Below are positions 25,904 to 39,541 of a DNA stretch of 64,000 nucleotides, one piece after another. A program made the translations under genes and the position numbers. Numbering within the stretch: position 1 is the stretch's first letter; every line of letters begins with the position of its first letter. The notes beneath the pieces are model-generated. The model did not search any database and was not told where the DNA came from. It worked only from the letters and a program-made list of their open reading frames with translations. The stretch is from Trichoplax sp. H2 (taxonomy: Eukaryota): assembly GCA_003344405.1 (NCBI GenBank), contig NOWV01000256.1:1-64000 (forward strand). Direction: 5' to 3'.

Positions 25904-28900
25904 TGTAAATAAGGATAATTCTTACTATCTGTAATTTTGAAAAGAATTTAAGATTGATACTTTAGGAATATTAGATAAATAATTTGCTTTATTTTCAGTA
26001 CTAGCTAAAAATTTTATTTATTCAAATACGTAAATGAATCCAATTATCGCCAAGCCAATTAGTGTATGAAAAAATAGTGACGTGATAACAAAAGATAGAT
26101 GCCAATTCTTATGCAGCAAAGTGATTATAGAAAGGCCAAAATTTCATGAAATCGAGAAAAGATCGATGAGCAACAGCTCGAAGATTTGCTATTTCCAAAT
26201 TATTTTCAAGGTCCTTAAACTTCTCTTACTGCGACAGCTTATGAAATTGTTAGCAGTTGCTCTAAGAATACAACCTGTGTCTAGCTGCTATTTTCCAGAC
26301 AATTTATGGGCAATGATCCGCAAATTCTCCAAATTTCTCCGATATATCTTTTTTTGTCTCATTACTTCGTTAATTTTTTAGTCCATTAATCCTATTATAT
26401 ATACCGAATAAGTGGGAGGAGAACACAGCACGTGATATAAAGTAAGGCTATTATTAATTTATATCGTATTGAGAGATATTGCCATATGCGAGCATTAATA
26501 CTAATTGGGACAATTTTATCAATACATTGCTGCTATTGTGAAGTTCGCTAGAACTTAATTGAACAGACCAATCTGTAAACTGCTGACAGACAAGCCCAGC
26601 TACCTATTAAGCTTCTATTATTTATTACATTAAATTATACTTAAAATTTTTAGATTATACTTGACGGCCAACGTACATAAAAAGCTACTTTACTAATGAT
26701 CCTCGTGTCGTTTTAAATAAAATGGTTGTCATTATGACGATGACTAGCCAATCTTAAATTGTTAGTATCATATTAGTTGTAAATACGACTTATTGTGACA
26801 GTTTCATTTTGTTCTGTAAGTCTTTCTACTGACAGAATTTAATGCATGTTTATATTAAGGTAAATTATAACATAGCCTCTTAATATGCAATATGATCCTA
26901 GTAATTCTGACTACCTAGAGTTGAATACCGAGTGTACTTGGAAAATAAATATGTCGCAGAAATACTGTATGGCTGATTAATAGTCTTCTTACAATCAAAG
27001 CCCATATCTCAGTTTCATCTGTTTATTATAGTAACTTTTAATTATACCTAAACTCTGATAGTATATTCAATTAAAATTTTATTAGCTAGGTCATGATTGC
27101 TATTCTCGACTTGCTAGAAATGCGATCATATGAAAGTTATTTAAATATTTCCGTATGTATTAAAAGGAAAACTTATAGAAGCGACGTGCCATAGGATCGC
27201 TACGTGCGTTTAAAGAGATATAATTATATAAATTCTTGTACAGTTATGCTCTAGATAAAGTATAGTTGATGCTAAAAACTAATTCTCTGAGCGGTATATA
27301 AAAAATTATGCTACTCGTAAGAATTTTTTGTTAGGATTGTATCAAGTAAAATGTAAGCAATACTTTTGATGCAATGTACTTATTTATGTATATTCTTGTT
27401 TTTTTATTGATTGAAGTAATTATCGAATCTAAGAATTAGAGACTTTATTTTTCATTCGAAATTTTCGAAATTTTGTTAGTTAAGCCTAGTGTTACAATAC
27501 GTCAAGATAATTGAATACACTTATAAAGCTAAAATAGGAGAAACTAGAGATTTTTTCGTATTATTTTCATGCAAGGCGGCCTTGTTTAGTTTTTCATTAA
27601 TGTATTACATTATATCTAGAAAAATCAGTCAAGCTCACTTTCCTTGAAGTTGGCCGTCAATTTTGATTTAAGATAGTATTAGTAATTACAAGATAAACAT
27701 ATCTGTTTGCAACTCTCTTAAATAAGATCTCAACGCTTCAGAAATCCTCTGAGTAATATCTATTTTGTTTATAAATTAACTGTTGAAGTCGTAATTTTAC
27801 ATGCAGTATTGAAATGGAGCATCATAGAATTTCAATTTTTTAATTATGATCTTCCGGTTTCTGCAAATCATTTAAAGATTGAATATTTTGACTTTAAAAT
27901 TTGTTGAACAATTAATATAATAAAATTAATTAATAATAAAGCTGGCAATTTCATAAATGTAATTACTAAATAATCGAATCATATAAGTATGCTGAATTCT
28001 TTAGTATATGTTCATCTCCTGTCTTTGAAATATCCATCATTATGAATATACTACTCTATATTGCGATAAACAACAATGAATATTAAGTCTTTTCTAATAT
28101 CAATAATTATAATTATTTATAGTAATTAAAATCAGTGAATTTTTTATGCAATGTTTTGACTCTTTCATTTCATAATAATAACCCTAGTATAATAAAGCAA
28201 TAACTGCTTAGAAGTAGATTTGATAGACACTCGTATATCATATCCCAAAATTCACGGAACTCACTCATTTATTTCATAAATTAGTTTTGTTCTACCCTAT
28301 TTAATAAATTATTTAGATTACATTACGCATTCAACTTTATGGTTGTCAACTTGCTGATGGACACAACTATTATGAAATGATTGATACCATACATAAAAGT
28401 AACTTAATTTAGTTCTATACATCTTTCATACATATAATACGCGTGTATCCTTTTAATAAAATTATATATTATTAATACTAAAATCATCGACATGCAATTT
28501 ATCTGTCATTTAGTTCTTAGTAACGATCACAACTGACTTAAAAAATACTAAAATATTCTACTATTGATTTGAACTTAGATAGCATATGCGTACATAAATT
28601 ACGAAACTCGCTAGAAATACGAACCATCGTTTAATTACAATTTTATCCTATTCATAGCCAGTTGTTTTATTTTATGGTAGGGTGGCCTTCATTTTGATTA
28701 AAAAAATTTTTAATTAAATTTCAAATATGCAATAAATATACTTAATTAAAAAGACTAGTGAAGCGGCTGCAGTTTTCATTTCTATAGATCCGTATCTAAA
28801 TTTATGAAAAATTTATGGAGTTCAAACAAGCTGAAGTTTCTTTCACTTTTTACTACAAGCACTAGCTCAATGGTTGCCCAGCTCTCTAAATTTCAGACTT

Positions 28901-29959
28901 GCAGACGAATAGTACAGAAACGATTAATAATTTTATTAAAGAATAGAAAACTGAAAATTATTTCTTCCCTATTGCTTTAAGACTGAATTGACATTCATAA
29001 GTGAATCAAATTATACTATTTACTAGTAAAACGTTCAGTGAAGACCGGAATATATGACGGTGGTCGTGAAGCTATATTATGATTATGATAATAAATCGTA
29101 CATTTGCTAATTCTTAGCAGCATCGTCTATGATAATCTTTATTTTAACTTAATCTTTTTTCTACGCACTGCACTTCAATTACTGAAAAAAGCCTTCAAGA
29201 TCATTTAAGTAAATTTTAGCCATGTAACTTTCTTCGCTATATAGAAACTTCAAGAAAATTCTATCCGTAAATTTTAACATATTTTATTATCTTAGTCATA
29301 ATAATTGCGGGTCAGGTATTTATGCTATATACTAGTTGATTATATCAATACCATTTAGTTTTCACATTTCAATCTATAGGAGATCTGTAATTATTATAGC
29401 TCTCTAAAGATAGAAGATCATCTGCATTTAAGTCTTATTGAAAAGTAGAAGTTAAGAAGATGACTTTAAAAGAGCCTGTAGCTTAATTTTCACGGTCTAA
29501 GCTATGATTTCTCTAAGCAATTAAAAATATAGGACCTATGATACAATATCATACTATGATAATATTTTAACTTTTTTTCATCGCGATATATGAAAAATAG
29601 TTTCTAATTTTGAATAAATATTGAGTATATATATACACACATATACAGTGTATATTTATTAACTGAAATTTCAAACCTTTCAATGCTTACACTATGATTG
29701 CTTATTACAAACTTAGGGGCTAAAGAAATGTGCTAACTTAGGCAATCTTCTCAAAAATATTTATTACGGCGGGTGGAACCGAATGGTTAAATCTAGGCAA
29801 TAAGTTTGTAAAATTGTGCATGTTATCTTTATTTCTATAAGATGCTAAGTTGATGCTGAGAAGCAATAACATAATAGATTATTTCGCAAAGCAAGAACTT
29901 AATGTTTTAGTCTTATTTGGCCAGAATGACTTCTCGCATTTTCTTTTTATCTATATGAT

Positions 29960-30440
29960 AAAATATAAGAGTATTTACAAATGACATATTCGTTTGACCA
30001 TTTACAGTTAGACACGCAACTGTTCATATTACACTCATTAGCAGGTGAGTTTACTGATACCCTAAGTTACTATAACATTGATCAGCGAGCATGAAAATAA
30101 CTGAATCAAGTTGCGGGCAAGGCTTAATATTTATATAGAGATAATGGCCTAAAGTTCTCTTGAATTATTATCCACATTTATTTTCGTCAAAGTCAAAGTC
30201 GCTAGTTGCTCTCTGTGATAGGAAACACAAAGTAAAAATTCTTGAATTTACTACTGACTTGAACGTCTTTTCATCTCACTAAAATATTTTGCGATTAAGA
30301 CCAGAAAATTTAACTTTTATCAATACTTTTGGTCATTGGAATTGTTTCCACGTATCCAGTGCCCATCTTACACGCGAATTTTTCTGGTTTATTTACTATC
30401 CTTTACTAGGTGGGATATGGTTCTTCAATCACAATATTTC
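29960..30440 (-). mobile_element. Possible fossil IS630-Tc1-mariner transposase fragment
   Basis: One frame reads NQKNSRVRWA...KIF**DEKTF...SVI*TVACLTVNGQTNMSFV, resembling R..WA, I.(F/W)SDEK.F and SVMVWAG...G.T.L.FV; the motif spacing is longer than usual. Confidence 0.3.
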
Positions 30441-31217
30441 AATCATAGCTTTTCTTTAAGTAAGTAATTTTAACCTACGATTTATACTTTAACTTACTAT
30501 GCACAAGTATATAGTCGAGTTCAACTATCATGAAATGGGATTTATCTATTTAATCGTACTTTGTAAAATTGAAAATTGTTATCAAATATGAAGAAGACGA
30601 CTTTGAATGATAATTAATTACGATATGGTATTAATTATCTTATCTCGCATTTAAATTTTAGACTTCACAATATAGTGGTCCGATATAACAGTTTGTATCA
30701 TGCCGTTACTAATTTAAATCATTACGATAAAATTTTAAACGATATTATTTCTATTAGTGATTCACTATTTTTAGACTAAATTGCGGAAACTCTTTTATGA
30801 CATCTTCATTAACTTCCATTTCGTTTTTTGTAGGCAATTTATGCTAACATTTACAGTCATAAGTTCAATTAAGGGATCCATACAAGTATACAGAATGAGG
30901 TATAATCTAAGAAGTAATAATTTCAATCTATTGAAGTCAATGTTATATAATCAATTTTAGCATCATTGATTACCTAATGGTCGTTCGACAAACATGCAGA
31001 ATTTCATTCTTAAATATATTAACCAAACACCCAAAGACATCTAAAGTCATTTCTTTGCCTTTTATCATCAGCTAAAGTATTGGTCCAATAGATATTTATT
31101 GCATATATATTAAAAAATTATTATAAATTCTTGTAAACGTTTATTTTTAATATTTTCGGCATAACTTTAAAAGAAAATTGTTAAATAATTGATTACTTTT
31201 AACTAAAATAATTAGAT

Positions 31218-31385
31218 TGTCACAAACTTAACTTATGAACTACTACCTTAAACTAATAGATTACTTATTCCTATCTCCACTACATCTGGAGGTCTACTGT
31301 ACGGTAGTCCTTAACTACTTCTATTGCTATCAGCTACGTAATGAAATCAACTTAATTAACATGTCCGGTTCTTTAGTACGTGACA
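31218..31385 (-). mobile_element. 168-bp mini solo LTR (F-related), 5-bp TSD TAGAT
   Basis: tagat|tgtcacaaac...gtacgtgaca|tagat; termini and tatcagctac are shared with 42674-43261. Confidence 0.75.
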
Positions 31386-31450
31386 TAGATCAAGATACAT
31401 ACAATGATTAGTGAAATATTTTGATATAATAATAGGTATGTATATATTTG

Positions 31451-32601
31451 TGTCACTATGATGTAACTTAGTATTGTGATTATAGACTGTTAGCCATGTG
31501 TAGTATAATGTACGGTAGATATTTATCCTAAGAGATATTTGGTAGCTGTAACTATGGACTGTAGTGGTAGAGACTCTATGCTAGAGTACACATGACTATA
31601 TACAGTAAGGTGTCGAGTTACTAATAACGCTATAGGTAAAATAGAACTGTAAATCATATATTAGGATATGGTTAATTCGTTGTACTTTGACTTGTGTGAA
31701 TAATGTTTACGTAAGTACTGTAGTCGTATCCATATTGGATTAATGATGGTCCGCAGTAGAATAGTCTTACGAAGAATAATTTAACTATGTGTAAAATAAG
31801 GTAAAAGGTTGCCATGCGGATTGTAGCTGCGAATGCTACGGAAAGTATAAAAGCATGCAACTTTAGATTATTCTGTTAGTTCATTGTAGAAGTCTTTAGT
31901 AGTAGTATTCGGTTAAAGTAGAGCTGTGTGTAGTTGATCTTTGTATAAGATTCAATAAAGCCCTTATTTTTCTAAAATTTGGAATTTCGTGATTGGTATA
32001 TATCACAGTCACAAAACAGCTTTGCAACAACATAACGTAATGTAAGATCAATAAGTCAACTCCTTGAACCACATATCAAGGAACGATATCTGCACTATCA
32101 AAAACACTTTGCTCTACTAGCAGACTACACAAAGACTTAAACGCCTCGTATTTTACGTTAAACACTAAGTTTAAGAAATCCTCTTTATTACACGATATAC
32201 TGCATTTATATATACACTTCTTCAATAGCTCATGAGTCATAGTTAGTACGATTAACTTTGGAATCATTTACTGAATTAGATATTAATTATAGCTACTGCT
32301 CCCTTAATGCAGACAACAGTATTTACGAACATAGACATCTGATGACTAATACAGAATAGTCAGATTTCGATATGTCCTATCACGGAACATTTCCACGATA
32401 ATTTACAATCTACCATAAGTAAGTTACAATCACAACGATTCGAACTGTAAGTAGATGATTTGCATTCCCTATTATAACTATTAATTTTAGTATGTGTATA
32501 AGTGTCACTGTCATAAAAAGTCAGTGCTATATTCAAACACAGTATATCCAAATTATAAGTTAACTAAATAAAGATAGGCTAACAGAATTGTCCTAACATA
32601 G
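31451..32601 (-). mobile_element. Solo LTR family A interrupted by family B insertions
   Basis: The terminus tgtcac|aaaacagc is split by B (31457-32007); the A body is 32013-32601; a second B starts at 32602. Confidence 0.88.
31457..32007 (+). mobile_element. Solo LTR family B nested in the A terminus, 5-bp TSD GTCAC
   Basis: gtcac|tatgatgtaac...tatatcaca|gtcac; gtataaaagc and aataaa present. Confidence 0.9.
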
Positions 32602-32995
32602 TGTAATGCAATTTAGTATTGTGATTGCAGACTAATAGCCATGTTTAGTATAATGTACGGTAGCGTAACTTCTACATTTATCCTTAGAGATATATAGTAG
32701 TCATAACTATAGACTGTAGTGGTATAGACTCTATGCTAGAGTACACATGACTATATACAGTAAGGTGTTGAGTTACTAATAAGGCTATAGGTAAAAATAG
32801 AACTGTAAATCATGTATTAGGATATGGTTAATTCATTATACTTTGGCTGTTGTGAATAACGTCTACATAAATACTGTAGTCGTATCCATATCGGATTAAT
32901 GATGGTCCGTAGTAGAATAGTCTTACTAAGAATAATTTGCTATGTGTAAAATAAGGTAAAAGGTTGCCATGCGGATTGTAACTGCGAATGCTATG
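32602..32995 (+). mobile_element. Solo LTR family B, 3'-truncated, inserted in A
   Basis: Starts tgtaatgca directly after the A sequence cctaacatag; homology ends near gcgaatgctatg. Confidence 0.87.
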
Positions 32996-33461
32996 CTCTC
33001 AGAATGCTTATAAAACACTAAGAGTTTTAAAGTATCGATAATTTCTTTGTATCGTATTCTACTTCTGCAGCCTGTATTATCTAAAATCTATTACAATAAA
33101 ACTGGTCCCATTTTTATCAAGAAAGTTCAATATGCACAAATGAAATAAAATTGAAATTTCAATGATGATCAGCTGTGAACATACTCGTATATGTAGTAAG
33201 TAGTATTTTTAGAATTGCCAACATCAGCTATGTAATATAATTTAATAATCAATTAGCTTTAAGACAAATTTTAGTGCCCGTTAGAATGATAGGTTCATAA
33301 TGGGAAATTTACTAATAAGCATAGAGCTTGACCATAACACTAGTTAAAGCTAAATTTTATACTGATAAAATGCAGATACTAAAAGTATCTTCAACAATAA
33401 AACACTAGTAATCCAGACAATATCTTGATCGGAGCCAAAAAATTAGTCGTAATACTCATCA

Positions 33462-34494
33462 TTAGGACGTAGTTATTTCCATCGGTGTTACGCGAGAAGT
33501 TGTTTGGCTCTTATTTAAGAGGAATGAATAATTCAACAGACCGCGTTGAAATCTTGGAAAAATACAGATTAATTGGCAGAATAAGTATACCGATGATGAT
33601 ATTCGCCTCCTTATGATGCCGTTTGTCATGGCATAAATTATTGGATTTATGGCTACATTGCAGTAAGATAATAACAGGATAACAATTTGAAATTTGTGTG
33701 CAATAATAAATTTTCTATTATACTTAACGTAATATGCCAATCCATAGACAGTCATTGTTGCAATTGGCAACCAACATATCATACTAGTGCCGACAATTAA
33801 AAACGTAGTACGAATTGATTTTTGAATTCCGTTGAAGCTCACTAAAGGAGTATTACTTTTACGATATGCAATATAAAATATAATTGTGTAACAGCACACA
33901 ATAATAAGAATTGCACAAGTAATGGAAGCTGCAAATATTCCAATAGCAGCGTAATTTGAGGAATCAACAGATAACGAAATCCAGCAAACATTCTGGTAGG
34001 TATATCTACCCAAGCCATACTTTTCAAAAGGCAGTAGTGGAATAATGGCTAATGGAAGAGGTACGAGCCAAACTGCTGCAATTGATATTGCATAACGCGA
34101 TGCTCGTAAATCTGATAAATAATTATATGGATTATAAACAGCAGAACATCGATCAACACTTACTGCTGTTGCCATTACCAGTGACGCCCCATTGAATAAT
34201 GTTACTAAAAAACCTTGTATCTTACACAGGATAGCATCGCTGCCTTGAAGTAATGCCGAAATAGCACAAGGCATTACAATTAAACCCGTCAGGAAATCTG
34301 TGATAGTAAGTGCTGTTAATAAACAGTTGTTGATCGACCATAAGGCTGGAGAGTTGTAAATAATGACTAAGTTGAAAAAAATTAGCTCCAACAGATATTA
34401 TAGTAATTAAAATTAAAGTAAAAAGCTGTATGTAAAGGTAATGTCCATCCTCTCTCGCGGAATAGGTAGTATTAAATGATGTGGTATTCTCCAT
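33462..34494 (-). pseudogene. GPCR-4, intact except one +1 homopolymer frameshift (young pseudogene or sequencing error)
   Basis: ATG at 34494 (MENTTSFNTT...SVGAN). Removing one base from the A7 run 34375-34381 joins it to the 309-aa frame (FFNLVIIY...SVDRC...CWLP...NPIIY). Confidence 0.88.
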
Positions 34495-36653
34495 GGAGGA
34501 TTTTTCTTCCAACGCCGCGTATTCTGACAAAAACTAATTTCTTCAATCTAGCCACTTTCGATTTTGTAAAATTTGTTAAGAATTAAGCATACGATTTCAG
34601 TTAGCAAGAACAAATAAATTAAAGCATCATCAAATCAAGTAGCGAAATATAATTAAAATAGGTCTATGAAATCAATAATGTTATTGTAGTTTAATCGAGA
34701 TGAATAGCAATCCAGATTAAAAAATGCACCTTATTGTTGTATTGATAACATTGTCAAGTTAATAAAATAACAAAGGAAATTAAATTTTCCATTTATTTGA
34801 AAAAAATTGTCGCAGAACTCTGAACGACAGTTTTAGCTTTATCAAGTTCAATTTTGCGTAATTGCTGGTTCATTTTATGACTAGTGTCGTTGATTGTTAT
34901 AAGTGATGTAGATCATAAGAGAGGGAGACAATTGAAAAGGCTATTAAAGATTTACTTTATTTACGACAAAATTATTAGGGATAATTCTATTGAAAGGGTT
35001 TTACCGGATATACCTATCAAATGCTTTCGTTACTTAATCCAAATTCAACAGTTAAATTTTAAAAGCTATTTCTTTCGTTGCCAAAGCATCATAACAAATA
35101 TCACGCAGACATGATATTCATGACGATAACAGATTGCTAGTATTTCGAGTCATACTGTAGGTAGATATCAAAGAAATAAACCTGATAGTAGGTTCATAGT
35201 GTTGTAATGTTCTGTACTAGTTTTAACCTCATCTTGTTGCAAATTTCGATTTACAACACATACTAGTAATGCAACAAGGCTATGAACATTCACTAATTTG
35301 GTTCTCTTATCCCTACATCTGAATGTACTATTTATGACACCTGACCTACCATGAATTGAATTATAATACTAATTCATAGATTCTTAGGATTTCTCATGCT
35401 GTTAACGGTAGGTATTTACTACAGCAGAATATTTCTTACTGAATCTTTAGCAACTTTCAAGCATCCAACAATCAGCTGCACTGATAATCGTAGCAAACGT
35501 TTCTTATTCCTAAATTCACGTTGCTATTGCATGAAATTTTTCCTCGTTTATGTTTACTTTATGTCATAAGTGCATGAGTGGAATAATTACTGGAAAAGAC
35601 GCGTGCCACAACGCTTTCTCGTACTATTTATAATTCTTATCGTCATTAAATGTATGATTTTATTCGGTAGTACATGCAATAATATCGAAGGATAAAAACT
35701 ATTTATATGAAATATCAATTATGAAATTCGCCGTCATTGCCATCGGACATATTATGGAGGTATTTATTTTTGGAAAGCTTGATTCTAGATTAAAACTGTC
35801 AGATTATAACCCAGATGTAAATTTTAAGTAATGTCCACTACATTAGATGACTTTTCCAAAGAGAAAATTTAGATGCGACAGAAGAAAACGGATAGCACAA
35901 TAAAATTACGCCGTTTTTCCTGATGATTTCTTTACATTTTACTAATATTGTAGTATATCTTGTAATTTAATTCATTTATTATTCGCACAGATTATTAAAC
36001 TAAGGCCATCAGATTTAAAAAAAGCACTAAAAACTACGCTATATTGACTAAATGAGTTCGATATAAAATGACCCACGATTAGGATATTGATTAGCCTGAT
36101 GTTATTAATATCCATAGTTACTGTTTCACTCTTGTAGCTATCCGTACCATGTTGATAAAATATGATGGTTCAGATTCAAATAATGGACTATGATCTTAGC
36201 TTTACCTTGATTGAATATGCTTAACATATAAAAGCTAAAATTTATGATAAACCCATCACTAGAAATTAGCGGTGCCTTCGAAATTTCTAACATTATGTAC
36301 AGTATCCAATCCCACTAATGCTTCGATATAATGATATATTATAACTTTGTAAGCAATTGATAATACTAAATCAGCTTTTAAAAGGAAGAGAACTTATATA
36401 TTTATCCTGTAGCATATTTGTATGCATCGGTAACGCTTGCCATTTTTTATCTCAAGGCAATATTTAAGATGCGTAGGACGTTATGCGAATACAGATGATG
36501 CTTGAAAAGATTACAAATCAAAAAATCAAAGAATAATTAAAATTTGACATGAAAATGCCGTTAAACATTATAAAAGAGATATACTTACATCCATTATGGA
36601 AATATGAGAATTACTGTGACTTATTGATATCATAGATGAATCTCATTTTATCC

Positions 36654-37626
36654 TTAAAATGTGGCATTTCTGCAACAAAGAACTATTTTATAAAGTCTCT
36701 TTAGCGACATTATCATGCTCCATCTTAAAATCGTATTATTTATAGAGTAAATAAATGGGTTTGTAGCTACAGTGGCGTATTTGAAGAGAAGACCGACTAA
36801 TTGAGTACGATTAGATAAAGTAAACTTTTATGAAATATAAGATAATACGTTAAATCGCAAATACCAATTACCATCATTAGTAGACGAGATATTATGTTTG
36901 TACCAACAATTGACGATGTAGTGCAAACAAATTTTTGAATACCTTCAAAGTGAACTAAAGGCATGTTTGTTTGCTTTATGATATGTGATATAAAATATAA
37001 TGGAATAGTAGTAAATGATAACCCCGATAGCTATACAGATACCAATCGTAAATATTCCAATATCAACATAATAACATGAATCGACCATTTAAGAAATTCA
37101 GAAAATCCCTTGATAAGTACATTTTCCGAAGCCATATATAAGAATTGGTAATAACGCCAACACGATATAGTAAGTGGTACAGATATTAAATGTGTGCTTA
37201 TAGTGATAATATCATTTCGTGAGCCACGCAATTAAGATAAATAAGAGTTGGAGTTATACACAGCCGAACAACGATCTATGCTAACAGCCCTTGCCATTAC
37301 TTATGAAGTACCGTTGAAATAGATATAAAGAAATCTTAAATTTTACGTAAAACTTCTCCTTGACCGTAGAATGAAATAATAATTGTAATCGGTATTGCAA
37401 TCAAGCCGATTAGGAAATCAGTGCATGCTAGTACTATTAAAAGACAATCATTCAACGACCCTAAGGTTGCAGAACAATAAATTTTTATCAAGCTGAATAG
37501 ATTATCGGCAGTTGATAAATACAAAATAAGATTAGAATTACAAGTTCAATAGCAACATATTTCTTTTCCGACTATTCTGTGATTAGAATTTTCGTTTGAG
37601 TTATTGATCTTCGTTAAGTAGGACAT
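36654..37626 (-). pseudogene. GPCR-5, heavily decayed pseudogene
   Basis: Remnants LACTDFLIGLIAIP, RKI*DF (TAA 37336-37338), NGTS*VMARAVSIDRCSAVYN, IVGTN and VATNPFIY; several frameshifts; probable ATG at 37626. Confidence 0.85.
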
Positions 37627-37722
37627 AACTGCGAATCACTTTGATTGTCATTAGTATATATTCGATTAAAAGTAATTGATTGGCAATACCGAATCGATAT
37701 TTTGGCCAGGTTTCTGCACTTT

Positions 37723-38087
37723 GGTGACAATTTTACAAACTGTATTAGTCATTAGATGTCTATGTTCGTAAATACCGTTGTCTGCATTAGGGAGCATAGC
37801 TAAGATTAATGTCTTATTCGGTGAATGATTCCAAAGTTAATCGTACTAATTATGACCCATGAACTAATGAGAAAGAGTCTATAAATGCAGTATATCGCGT
37901 AATAAAGTTAATTCTTAAACTAAGTGTTTAACATAAAATACGAGGCGTCGCAGTCTTTGTGTAGTCTGCTAGTAGATCAAAAGTGTTTCTGATAGTGCAG
38001 ATATCGTTCCTTGATACGTGGTTCAAGGAATTAACTTATTGATCGCACATTACGTTATCTTGTTGCAAAGCTGTTTTTTTTTTGACA
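37723..38087 (+). mobile_element. Solo LTR family A with internal deletion, 5-bp TSD ACTTT
   Basis: acttt|ggtgacaattttacaaactgtattag...gctg(t)n gaca|acttt; about 270 bp deleted between two ctgtattag direct repeats of A. Confidence 0.85.
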
Positions 38088-39541
38088 ACTTTACTTTCTA
38101 CTTCCTAATGGGAAGGATAAATTTAGCCTTTTATCATTTTGTGTTAACCTTCAAAATAGCAGAATCGAAAACGATAGTATATACGTATCCCTTTATAAAA
38201 CTGCGTCACATAATTATTTGAATTTTGACTTCAATTTGTTGTGATTTGCGCAAGATCAAAGATATTAGCGTAACCTGTTTAGAAGTTTCTTAGATAATAT
38301 CTTCTTTCTATGATTTAAGCGCCATACCTTCTTTTTACTAGATGAGATATCGTAAGCATTTACACAGATCAGTAGCAAGTCAGTCATTCTTTGCTATCAA
38401 TATTATACCGTAATCATTTTTTACTCGGAATAATTCTAAAAATAGCTTCATGAAGCTAATCGCACTGGTTGCTAAAGATCAATAAATGCATAATTAAATG
38501 ATAAAGGAATAATGCGATAATAGTACTAATAAATAATTACTTGACATATAGTCGAATTTGCTACTTTCTCGATCACTAGCTGTAGTACAACCCCAAATTC
38601 GCTGGATATTGAATTACCAAGACTGTCTTAAGACAGTTCGAGTTAAACATTTAATTATTGTTAGACAAACTAATTTTACGCAATAAACTGGAGTTTTACT
38701 AGAAATTACAGTTCTTCTTATCATACCTTTAAGACCCTTTATTATACTAACACCTACATTTATGCTCTCGCCCAAGACGTAGTGTAGCTAATTACTGGAA
38801 TGCAGATTAATAGTCATACCTATAGCGGTATTCAAATGGACTATAAACAGTAAATCATCATTACGCGTAATACGTAAAAGAAAATCAAATTTTTCTGTCT
38901 TTCATATCGCTATTTCGTATATTCTATTTTTCTAATATAATATTTAAATCCACTAAGATTCATCACTTAATAATAGCTTTAGATTCAATAACTGCTTTCT
39001 ATTAGCCACTGCATATTTACTATGTTCACTATCATCCACAATAATATAAGCAAGAACCGGCTTATATATTCTGCTCCAGAATAATAGTTGTGATAACCAT
39101 TCCTACGAAGATTTATCGCCCTTCAAAATTACTTTAAAAACCTGCAAGGATTGACTAAAGAATAAAATTTTATTTCGAATTTGTAGTCTTTACCTATACT
39201 ACAGAATGAGAAGAAAATATTTTCTAGTTTTTAATAAATGAAATAAATTTAAGGGTTAAAATATCTGAAATTTTACCAACAAAAACAAAAATATAAGTCT
39301 TCTATAATGCAATAACATATAGTACTGATATAAATTTAAATTATCATTATTGTATAAAATAAAATTTAGCATACTAACTAATTTGATGTTACCAGTCACA
39401 CACACCTGCGAAATACTGCAATCCTTAAGTAAAAATCTTATGGTAGTTGCTACAAAACCAACCGTTTTACCAAGCGTCTGCTGGTGTTACTCGATATGAC
39501 ACTCGACTGCTACGTTCAAAATTTATTGCTGAATTTCCCGA

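Noticed and set aside
31457..32995. Two B copies as the paired LTRs of a TRIM-like element with A as internal region
   Set aside because: The first B has its own TSD, no PBS or PPT is visible, and A continues across the insertion, so nesting explains it.
38622..38637. Perfect 16-bp palindrome actgtcttaagacagt
   Set aside because: Isolated, with no associated element or repetition; could be chance in 64 kb of AT-rich DNA.
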